Below, piece by piece: positions 52,037-62,575 of a DNA stretch of 64,000 nucleotides (its first letter is position 1; each line of letters opens with the position of its first letter). Position numbers and translations under genes: made by a program. This DNA comes from Tubulanus polymorphus (lineage: Eukaryota > Animalia > Nemertea). The notes beneath the pieces are model-generated. The model had not been told where the DNA came from and did not search any database. It saw nothing but the letters and a program-made list of their open reading frames with translations. Where the stretch lies: positions 13,937,807 to 14,001,806 of the forward strand of contig NC_134031.1 of assembly GCF_964204645.1 (NCBI RefSeq), written 5' to 3'.

Positions 52037-53649
52037 CTCTGGGAGTTCAATATCAAATAAAGATAGTTGAGCCTAGGTCTATCCTCGCTTACCAGGTTCT
52101 GTTTGGCTCACGCCAACACGAGCTCTGTCTGTAGGCCTAAGATTTTTTTGGGTGCACGGGTGGCCGCTTAGCGGCCACCAGCGATTAGCCAATCGCACGC
52201 GTGAAAAACAACGTATCTGATTGGCTTAAATACTTATAAATCTCTGGCGATGTAATAGGCCGATGAATGGTTTGCGGCCAGGGTTTGTGTGGGCGTGAGC
52301 TTCGGCTTCAGTTCCAGAGAAGATCTAGACCATTAACAAACTGACCTTGACCTGGGCTCCGGCGTAATGTCGAAGTACATAATACGTAGAATATGCGTTG
52401 CGTAATTACGAATCAATGACGGAAGTTGAATTCCGTCGTCTGTCGTCGATTTATTCGCTTCATTGGACTGTGAGTATATATTTACCATCCATGAATACTT
52501 TCGATCCATCAATCATCGCCCAATCGGGATCTCCGAATCAGTTGAAATACTTTCCGTCTTAAGTTTTAGCAACCAACGCTGAATTTCACGGCAAGTCATC
52601 TTATCCGGAGGCAAAGAAATCGAAGCTAGCAACCGCATTACTGAGTAACATAGCAACTTTTTTCGGTGATATCATAGCAACCGGTGGCATGATAAGGGTT
52701 CGAGTCCCGATTTATTGCGCTGTCATATCGGGCCACAGCGTATTCAAACCGTGTGCCTAATAAATATCGAGTATCGACCTACGTTTATCCATATACGCGA
52801 GAAAGATTCACCCTGACTGCAAACTAGTAAAGGGCCTAGAGTTGAGTAGGCTTCGCCGAGACCGGGAAGCGCGTAGCGCAGGACCCCAAAAATAGTACCT
52901 AGATCAATGGAACCAGCCACAGGTAGGGCAGTGAAACGGTAGGCTAATTCAACAAATAGGAGAGTCGACGGAAAACTGATGTATGTGCGAAATCCGTGGA
53001 TCCTGAGAGGCAAATCGATGAAAAAATAGAGGATTCCTTGGAACTATTTTGCTTGAAGTTAGAATACGGCGCCATACCAAACGTGGCAGTTCGGGGATTC
53101 CCTGCAATATCCGTACGACACCGGGGCGGTACCAATTCAAATTCAAATCATCCCGTTCCGCCTTTTTCCTTTCTAGACGACTATCATTTCAAAAGTTTGG
53201 ATGGGCATGTGGAGAACGAAACTCACTTCTACGTAAAGTGAAGATGTTGGCGGCGGACAGCGAACGCATCCCGCAAATTGTGCGAACCACGTGTCGTAGC
53301 CTACCGACATCGTAGCGGTTACGCTTTTGGGTTGGTTCACTGAGCGTTTCACAAGTGTTTTTATCGCGACTAAAGTGTAGGATATTATCGATATTATGAA
53401 TATTCGTAGGTAGTAGCAAATTTTCCGGGCATAATGAAGTTCACAATTTATTTGCATAATTTTAGATCCATCGTAGTGGCTCGAAATTAATACCGGAATA
53501 TATGAAATCAATTCAATTTTCATTTGAATGCCCTATCGAAAATTAAAATCATTCAAAAAGGTATAGCGCGTACATTTTTATATGTCTCACACAGTTGATG
53601 TAAATAACGGTTGTTCGACATATATATTGAATTGCGTTCATTCAACGGT

Positions 53650-53840
53650 ATCGCTTCTCGGCCTATTGGCTAAGATCAAAGTGTAGTATCTGTTCTTATC
53701 AGCTTAATATCTGATACGCTCCCCATAGGGGAGCTTCGATATTAAACTGATTTTTGGCACTAGGTGAAGAGTCAGGGGCTTGCTCCGCCTTCGCCACGAG
53801 TTGGCCTGGTATTGCAGTACCTCCAGGATCGGCTCACTCC
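53650..53840 (+). ncRNA. RNU2: U2 snRNA copy 10
   Basis: Same sequence as copy 1. Confidence 0.98.
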
Positions 53841-55453
53841 CTCTGGGAGTTCAATATCAAATAAAGATAGTTGAGCCTAGGTCTATCCTCGCTTACCAGG
53901 TTCTGTTTGGCTCACGCCAACACGAGCTCTGTCTGTAGGCCTAAGATTTTTTTGGGTGCACGGGTGGCCGCTTAGCGGCCACCAGCGATTAGCCAATCGC
54001 ACGCGTGAAAAACAACGTATCTGATTGGCTTAAATACTTATAAATCTCTGGCGATGTAATAGGCCGATGAATGGTTTGCGGCCAGGGTTTGTGTGGGCGT
54101 GAGCTTCGGCTTCAGTTCCAGAGAAGATCTAGACCATTAACAAACTGACCTTGACCTGGGCTCCGGCGTAATGTCGAAGTACATAATACGTAGAATATGC
54201 GTTGCGTAATTACGAATCAATGACGGAAGTTGAATTCCGTCGTCTGTCGTCGATTTATTCGCTTCATTGGACTGTGAGTATATATTTACCATCCATGAAT
54301 ACTTTCGATCCATCAATCATCGCCCAATCGGGATCTCCGAATCAGTTGAAATACTTTCCGTCTTAAGTTTTAGCAACCAACGCTGAATTTCACGGCAAGT
54401 CATCTTATCCGGAGGCAAAGAAATCGAAGCTAGCAACCGCATTACTGAGTAACATAGCAACTTTTTTCGGTGATATCATAGCAACCGGTGGCATGATAAG
54501 GGTTCGAGTCCCGATTTATTGCGCTGTCATATCGGGCCACAGCGTATTCAAACCGTGTGCCTAATAAATATCGAGTATCGACCTACGTTTATCCATATAC
54601 GCGAGAAAGATTCACCCTGACTGCAAACTAGTAAAGGGCCTAGAGTTGAGTAGGCTTCGCCGAGACCGGGAAGCGCGTAGCGCAGGACCCCAAAAATAGT
54701 ACCTAGATCAATGGAACCAGCCACAGGTAGGGCAGTGAAACGGTAGGCTAATTCAACAAATAGGAGAGTCGACGGAAAACTGATGTATGTGCGAAATCCG
54801 TGGATCCTGAGAGGCAAATCGATGAAAAAATAGAGGATTCCTTGGAACTATTTTGCTTGAAGTTAGAATACGGCGCCATACCAAACGTGGCAGTTCGGGG
54901 ATTCCCTGCAATATCCGTACGACACCGGGGCGGTACCAATTCAAATTCAAATCATCCCGTTCCGCCTTTTTCCTTTCTAGACGACTATCATTTCAAAAGT
55001 TTGGATGGGCATGTGGAGAACGAAACTCACTTCTACGTAAAGTGAAGATGTTGGCGGCGGACAGCGAACGCATCCCGCAAATTGTGCGAACCACGTGTCG
55101 TAGCCTACCGACATCGTAGCGGTTACGCTTTTGGGTTGGTTCACTGAGCGTTTCACAAGTGTTTTTATCGCGACTAAAGTGTAGGATATTATCGATATTA
55201 TGAATATTCGTAGGTAGTAGCAAATTTTCCGGGCATAATGAAGTTCACAATTTATTTGCATAATTTTAGATCCATCGTAGTGGCTCGAAATTAATACCGG
55301 AATATATGAAATCAATTCAATTTTCATTTGAATGCCCTATCGAAAATTAAAATCATTCAAAAAGGTATAGCGCGTACATTTTTATATGTCTCACACAGTT
55401 GATGTAAATAACGGTTGTTCGACATATATATTGAATTGCGTTCATTCAACGGT

Positions 55454-55644
55454 ATCGCTTCTCGGCCTATTGGCTAAGATCAAAGTGTAGTATCTGTTCT
55501 TATCAGCTTAATATCTGATACGCTCCCCATAGGGGAGCTTCGATATTAAACTGATTTTTGGCACTAGGTGAAGAGTCAGGGGCTTGCTCCGCCTTCGCCA
55601 CGAGTTGGCCTGGTATTGCAGTACCTCCAGGATCGGCTCACTCC
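55454..55644 (+). ncRNA. RNU2: U2 snRNA copy 11
   Basis: Same sequence as copy 1. Confidence 0.98.
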
Positions 55645-57257
55645 CTCTGGGAGTTCAATATCAAATAAAGATAGTTGAGCCTAGGTCTATCCTCGCTTAC
55701 CAGGTTCTGTTTGGCTCACGCCAACACGAGCTCTGTCTGTAGGCCTAAGATTTTTTTGGGTGCACGGGTGGCCGCTTAGCGGCCACCAGCGATTAGCCAA
55801 TCGCACGCGTGAAAAACAACGTATCTGATTGGCTTAAATACTTATAAATCTCTGGCGATGTAATAGGCCGATGAATGGTTTGCGGCCAGGGTTTGTGTGG
55901 GCGTGAGCTTCGGCTTCAGTTCCAGAGAAGATCTAGACCATTAACAAACTGACCTTGACCTGGGCTCCGGCGTAATGTCGAAGTACATAATACGTAGAAT
56001 ATGCGTTGCGTAATTACGAATCAATGACGGAAGTTGAATTCCGTCGTCTGTCGTCGATTTATTCGCTTCATTGGACTGTGAGTATATATTTACCATCCAT
56101 GAATACTTTCGATCCATCAATCATCGCCCAATCGGGATCTCCGAATCAGTTGAAATACTTTCCGTCTTAAGTTTTAGCAACCAACGCTGAATTTCACGGC
56201 AAGTCATCTTATCCGGAGGCAAAGAAATCGAAGCTAGCAACCGCATTACTGAGTAACATAGCAACTTTTTTCGGTGATATCATAGCAACCGGTGGCATGA
56301 TAAGGGTTCGAGTCCCGATTTATTGCGCTGTCATATCGGGCCACAGCGTATTCAAACCGTGTGCCTAATAAATATCGAGTATCGACCTACGTTTATCCAT
56401 ATACGCGAGAAAGATTCACCCTGACTGCAAACTAGTAAAGGGCCTAGAGTTGAGTAGGCTTCGCCGAGACCGGGAAGCGCGTAGCGCAGGACCCCAAAAA
56501 TAGTACCTAGATCAATGGAACCAGCCACAGGTAGGGCAGTGAAACGGTAGGCTAATTCAACAAATAGGAGAGTCGACGGAAAACTGATGTATGTGCGAAA
56601 TCCGTGGATCCTGAGAGGCAAATCGATGAAAAAATAGAGGATTCCTTGGAACTATTTTGCTTGAAGTTAGAATACGGCGCCATACCAAACGTGGCAGTTC
56701 GGGGATTCCCTGCAATATCCGTACGACACCGGGGCGGTACCAATTCAAATTCAAATCATCCCGTTCCGCCTTTTTCCTTTCTAGACGACTATCATTTCAA
56801 AAGTTTGGATGGGCATGTGGAGAACGAAACTCACTTCTACGTAAAGTGAAGATGTTGGCGGCGGACAGCGAACGCATCCCGCAAATTGTGCGAACCACGT
56901 GTCGTAGCCTACCGACATCGTAGCGGTTACGCTTTTGGGTTGGTTCACTGAGCGTTTCACAAGTGTTTTTATCGCGACTAAAGTGTAGGATATTATCGAT
57001 ATTATGAATATTCGTAGGTAGTAGCAAATTTTCCGGGCATAATGAAGTTCACAATTTATTTGCATAATTTTAGATCCATCGTAGTGGCTCGAAATTAATA
57101 CCGGAATATATGAAATCAATTCAATTTTCATTTGAATGCCCTATCGAAAATTAAAATCATTCAAAAAGGTATAGCGCGTACATTTTTATATGTCTCACAC
57201 AGTTGATGTAAATAACGGTTGTTCGACATATATATTGAATTGCGTTCATTCAACGGT

Positions 57258-57448
57258 ATCGCTTCTCGGCCTATTGGCTAAGATCAAAGTGTAGTATCTG
57301 TTCTTATCAGCTTAATATCTGATACGCTCCCCATAGGGAAGCTTCGATATTAAACTGATTTTTGGCACTAGGTGAAGAGTCAGGGGCTTGCTCCGCCTTC
57401 GCCACGAGTTGGCCTGGTATTGCAGTACCTCCAGGATCGGCTCACTCC
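57258..57448 (+). ncRNA. RNU2: U2 snRNA copy 12 (G>A variant at 57339)
   Basis: As copy 1 except ccatagggAagc in place of ccataggggagc. Confidence 0.97.
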
Positions 57449-58576
57449 CTCTGGGAGTTCAATATCAAATAAAGATAGTTGAGCCTAGGTCTATCCTCGC
57501 TTACCAGGTTCTGTTTGGCTCACGCCAACACGAGCTCTGTCTGTAGGCCTAAGATTTTTTTGGGTGCACGGGTGGCCGCTTAGCGGCCACCAGCGATTAG
57601 CCAATCGCACGCGTGAAAAACAACGTATCTGATTGGCTTAAATACTTATAAATCTCTGGCGATGTAATAGGCCGATGAATGGTTTGCGGCCAGGGTTTGT
57701 GTGGGCGTGAGCTTCGGCTTCAGTTCCAGAGAAGATCTAGACCATTAACAAACTGACCTTGACCTGGGCTCCGGCGTAATGTCGAAGTACATAATACGTA
57801 GAATATGCGTTGCGTAATTACGAATCAATGACGGAAGTTGAATTCCGTCGTCTGTCGTCGATTTATTCGCTTCATTGGACTGTGAGTATATATTTACCAT
57901 CCATGAATACTTTCGATCCATCAATCATCGCCCAATCGGGATCTCCGAATCAGTTGAAATACTTTCCGTCTTAAGTTTTAGCAACCAACGCTGAATTTCA
58001 CGGCAAGTCATCTTATCCGGAGGCAAAGAAATCGAAGCTAGCAACCGCATTACTGAGTAACATAGCAACTTTTTTCGGTGATATCATAGCAACCGGTGGC
58101 ATGATAAGGGTTCGAGTCCCGATTTATTGCGCTGTCATATCGGGCCACAGCGTATTCAAACCGTGTGCCTAATAAATATCGAGTATCGACCTACGTTTAT
58201 CCATATACGCGAGAAAGATTCACCCTGACTGCAAACTAGTAAAGGGCCTAGAGTTGAGTAGGCTTCGCCGAGACCGGGAAGCGCGTAGCGCAGGACCCCA
58301 AAAATAGTACCTAGATCAATGGAACCAGCCACAGGTAGGGCAGTGAAACGGTAGGCTAATTCAACAAATAGGAGAGTCGACGGAAAACTGATGTATGTGC
58401 GAAATCCGTGGATCCTGAGAGGCAAATCGATGAAAAAAATAGAGGATTCCTTGGAACTATTTTGCTTGAAGTTAGAATACGGCGCCATACCAAACGTGGC
58501 AGTTCGGGGATTCCCTGCAATATCCGTACGACACCGGGGCGGTACCAATTCAAATTCAAATCATCCCGTTCCGCCT

Positions 58577-61347
58577 GAAATACGATTTCCACGAAGTCGT
58601 GTGTGAATGTATTCGTTTAAATACAATTACAGAATCTATGAAAATTGGCGTAATCACTCTCATACACAAAAGGGGGGAAAGAACACGCTTAGGAAATTGG
58701 AGACCGATTACTTTACTTTGTACAGACTATAAGATTATAACTAAAACTATTTCAAATAGGTTAATTACTGTTTTGACAGATATTATTGATCCTGATCAAA
58801 CATGTAATGTTAAAGGTAGACGGATCCATGACAATTGTCACATAATCCGTGACCTAATCCAGTATACCAACGATGAAAATATTGAGGCCTTTCTATTAGC
58901 GATCGATCAGATGAAGGCATTTGATCGAGTAGATTGGTCATATATGTTCAAATCCCTGAAATCGTTTGGCTTCGGCGAAAATATAATCAAATACATCGAA
59001 ATGTGTTATTCTGATCCCAAGTCCTTGATTAAAAGTAATGGTTTCCTTACAAATCCATTCTCTCTTGAACGAGGAGTAAGACAAGGATGCCCAATGAGTG
59101 CGCTTCTCTATATTATTGTAGCTGAAACCTTAGCAATTAGAATAAGGCGCGATCCAGAAATTGAGGGTATCACCTTGCCAAACGGGGAAGTGTGTAAAAT
59201 GAAACAATATGCTGACGATACAACCCTAACCTTAACAAGTATTGAATCAATCAAGAAACTTTTCCATGTTTTAACGGAATTTGAGCAATCTTCTGGAGCC
59301 AAAATAAATAAAGAAAAGACGGAAGGTTTATGGATTGGTGCCTCCAAGAATAGAACGGATAAACCCCTAAACCTAAATTGGTCAAACAGACACATAAAAA
59401 TATATGGCATGTATTTTGGTCTTGGTGACATCGATAAACTTAATTGGGAACGAAAGATTAACACAATTACAAACATAATAAATCAATGGCGACAGACTAA
59501 ACTGTCGTACAAAGGCAAACGGGTAGTTATTAATTCGTTCATTTTACCTGTCTTATGGTATGTCTCAGAAATTTATCCTATACCCAATATTTACGTCGAA
59601 CGTATTCAGAAAAAAATTAACGATTTTCTTTGGTCTTATGGTAAACATTATGTAAGAGCGGAGATAATCTATCAACCCTTAAGCAGTGGTGGATTAGCAA
59701 TTAATAACATTAGTTGTAGAGTAATGGCCCAAAGGGCACGAACTATCCTAGTAGAAATGAATCGAGGATCTAAATGGAGAACATTACTGAATTATTATCT
59801 TAATCAAGTGCTAGGACAGGGCTGGTCGATAGATTCCCTTATAAATGAAAATTTCATAAATAGAGAAACTCGGAATTCATACTACAAAAGCCTTTTAACC
59901 GCGTGGAAGTATGTGATGGCTCTCGTTGAACCGAAATGGTCGAAGCACGATATTAAGAATAACTTAGTGTTTAATAACCCCTCAATAACTGTCAATGGTA
60001 GGACCTTGAATTATCCAGAATATACTGACATAGGTTTAACAAATATCAAGCATTTCTTCGATGAATATGGTAATTTCAAAGATATTGATAATTTTACGCC
60101 GATATTAGTAGACGAAGGAAAACACAGCCGAATTTACGCTGCTATACCTCGCGAATGGCGGGTCACCCTGGGTGACGAAACCATTGATGATAATAAAAAA
60201 TCAGCTTACACAATTAAAATACAGAACTATAGAAAACCATTAGCTGATACTTCGATGCGCGAAATATATAATGCCATAGTCCATGCAAAATTCGGCCACA
60301 TAAAACCAATTAGTCAAAATAAAATCCAAACAATTCTAAACGAACATAACATAAATTGGGCTCAAATATGGGGAGACATTTATCATCCAATAACTGAGAA
60401 TAAATTAGGGGATATGCAATGGAGGTTTCTACACGATACCCTAGCTACAGCAACTAAACTCGTGACATGGCAAGTTTCTAACGACCCTACCTGTAAAATA
60501 TGCGGCCGTGCAGCCACTAATACGCATGTCATAATTGAATGTCCGGCAGCTGTAAGACTTTTTACTAGATTTCAAACGATAATAGCTCAGGTAGCAGAAC
60601 AACCAGCCCTCTTAACTAAACGTACAATTTGTTTTGGTTTTTCTAAACAAGCGATCATAAATCCACACAGTAGGCGTATATGTAACTATTTGATAACGGT
60701 CTTGAAATGGACACTGTATAAGAATCATCGCAAGGCATGCGCAGGAGAAACTGAACTAGATATGAAAAATTATGCTCGTAATTTTATAGCCAAACGATTG
60801 AAACAGGAGATTACGGCCAGGAAAAATATTAATGTTTGGACTCAAAATGAAACACTGATCAGATGCAACGGAAATAATTACTTTATAAATGAAATAGCAC
60901 TCAGTACGATTAATGATATTTTGTAAGGCCAGAAAAGAGCGTTTAGGTTTCTGTAAATAGCAATTAAATCGTTTCATACATACTATACATGTGACTGTGA
61001 ATGATGACTTGATATTTCTATACTAGACAAAAGTATTCCTATTTTGTAAATATAAAGAATAATTTGTGTCATTACGGATAATGTGTAAATATTGGAAAGA
61101 ATTAAACGATGTATGTATGATGTGTAGTGAAATGTTCCAGTTAATGCAGTTTGAATTGTCTTCTTAATATACATATACGACTGTTACTAACCAGTGTTAT
61201 GAATAACGTTTAAATCGAATTGAAAAGAATTAAATATACATTTATGATTGCTTGGAATATGATGTAAATACCTCCAGTCCCCCACCTGACTCCAGTTGGT
61301 GTGATGTAGTTGTTATGGAGCCTTCCTTTTGTAAAATAAAGTTTATA

Positions 61348-61392
<45 letters not shown>
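58577..61392 (+). mobile_element. 5'-truncated L1/Tx1-clade non-LTR retrotransposon inserted in U2
   Basis: Array identity stops at 58576; RT ORF; ~425-nt 3' UTR; AATAAA at 61335-61340; poly(A)42 at 61351-61392 followed by U2-derived GATCAAAG. Confidence 0.95.
58578..60926 (+). CDS. ORF2 fragment: RT plus C-terminal CCHC zinc knuckle; APE endonuclease missing
   Basis: NWRPITLLCTDYKI, DQMKAFDRV, RGVRQGCPMS, QYADD, SGAKIN..KT and CKIC.....TH...EC motifs; uninterrupted frame from the junction. Confidence 0.93.
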   Translation, partial: KYDFHEVVCECIRLNTITESMKIGVITLIHKRGERTRLGNWRPITLLCTDYKIITKTISNRLITVLTDIIDPDQTCNVKGRRIHDNCHIIRDLIQYTNDENIEAFLLAIDQMKAFDRVDWSYMFKSLKSFGFGENIIKYIEMCYSDPKSLIKSNGFLTNPFSLERGVRQGCPMSALLYIIVAETLAIRIRRDPEIEGITLPNGEVCKMKQYADDTTLTLTSIESIKKLFHVLTEFEQSSGAKINKEKTEGLWIGASKNRTDKPLNLNWSNRHIKIYGMYFGLGDIDKLNWERKINTITNIINQWRQTKLSYKGKRVVINSFILPVLWYVSEIYPIPNIYVERIQKKINDFLWSYGKHYVRAEIIYQPLSSGGLAINNISCRVMAQRARTILVEMNRGSKWRTLLNYYLNQVLGQGWSIDSLINENFINRETRNSYYKSLLTAWKYVMALVEPKWSKHDIKNNLVFNNPSITVNGRTLNYPEYTDIGLTNIKHFFDEYGNFKDIDNFTPILVDEGKHSRIYAAIPREWRVTLGDETIDDNKKSAYTIKIQNYRKPLADTSMREIYNAIVHAKFGHIKPISQNKIQTILNEHNINWAQIWGDIYHPITENKLGDMQWRFLHDTLATATKLVTWQVSNDPTCKICGRAATNTHVIIECPAAVRLFTRFQTIIAQVAEQPALLTKRTICFGFSKQAIINPHSRRICNYLITVLKWTLYKNHRKACAGETELDMKNYARNFIAKRLKQEITARKNINVWTQNETLIRCNGNNYFINEIALSTINDIL

Positions 61393-61394
<2 letters not shown>

Positions 61395-61400
61395 TCAAAG

Positions 61401-62405
61401 CTGCCTCCTTTTTGGCTTCAGGATAGCAAGCTCAGTCTATTTGCGCGCGGTGGCGGCTGGAAAGTTGCCTCTGGACATCGGTCTCACCAAAAACTAAAAA
61501 ACCTGACTGTGACATTTGATTCAGCGCACTTGCCGCCTCGGTGACTCATCGACGGTCTTTCATTACGCATAGAACTGTCGGCCAGCTATTGAAGCGGCGC
61601 GTGTCTAAGATCAAAACTGTAAATAAAACCCAAAATAGACTGTATCAAATAATTGTATGTACAAATACTCGCGTGCCTGTGTCGCTTTCCTGTTGACGGT
61701 CTATCAATGCGCATAGCACTGTCCGTTGGGCCGCGACGCATCCACGCACCTGTCTATGCACTGTAAATAGAAACACAAAACTGCTCCCGTATGAAACTTA
61801 TACTTTCAGGCAAATTCAGCACCAGACGTGAAGTACCAACTGCGCACCCCTTGACGGAGAAACCCATCCTCATTGGAGCTGCATCTTCGGATACCAGGAC
61901 CGTACTCTCATCTGGATAATTTGCGTTCAAAATGTGCTACTTTAAACTAATCAACATGCAGGGCGGACAACATAGAGGAATTTACACCAATATTTACTCG
62001 GAAAATGCAAAAACTCTCGGATTATTTACACGCGGAAAACGACCAAAAAAATTAAAAAAAACGAACATTACCGATCTTAGCCCCTTATAGTTATTTTCAA
62101 AGTTAGATGTATTAATTAGGCTTTAAACAACATAAACTCCCATCAGTCGCTTGCCGGTTCAGGCTGGATGGATGATTGTTCCGACGAACCGGAACCGACA
62201 TTTTCAATTATGTACTTCGATTTAAAAAAAATGATGTAACCTCGACCGACGACAACTCAACTACATTTTGTACTTCGATTTCCGATTTCAAAAACAAACC
62301 CCCTGTTTCGCTCCCGGCAGGTGTGGTGGGTATGTAAGGGACGCCAAATCAAACGAAATTTAATCGCAAAAGTTTTTACAATTACCAGTCAAATAAATAA
62401 GAGAT
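61401..62405. mobile_element. Unidentified ~1-kb non-coding insertion in U2 with a 10-bp flanking duplication
   Basis: AAGATCAAAG at 61391-61400 and 62407-62416; not array sequence; no long ORF and no TIR; AATAAA just before the right junction. Confidence 0.65.
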
Positions 62406-62575
62406 TAAGATCAAAGTGTAGTATCTGTTCTTATCAGCTTAATATCTGATACGCTCCCCATAGGGGAGCTTCGATATTAAACTGATTTTTGGCACTAGGT
62501 GAAGAGTCAGGGGCTTGCTCCGCCTTCGCCACGAGTTGGCCTGGTATTGCAGTACCTCCAGGATCGGCTCACTCC
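62406..62575 (+). pseudogene. RNU2: 5'-truncated U2 (nt 22 to end), promoterless
   Basis: U2 resumes at TAAGATCAAAGTGTAG; nt 1-21 and the upstream promoter are absent. Confidence 0.95.

Noticed and set aside
61398-61420. KLPPFW peptide resembling a Gypsy gag N-terminus
   Set aside because: It partly uses the TSD, the downstream gag consensus is absent, stops follow, and there are no LTRs.
61210-61497. Poly-Phe and poly-Lys ORFs
   Set aside because: Translations of the LINE poly(A) tail.
62100-62350. Hammerhead or HDV ribozyme in the 1-kb element
   Set aside because: I could not assemble the conserved cores on either strand by eye; an Infernal scan would be needed.
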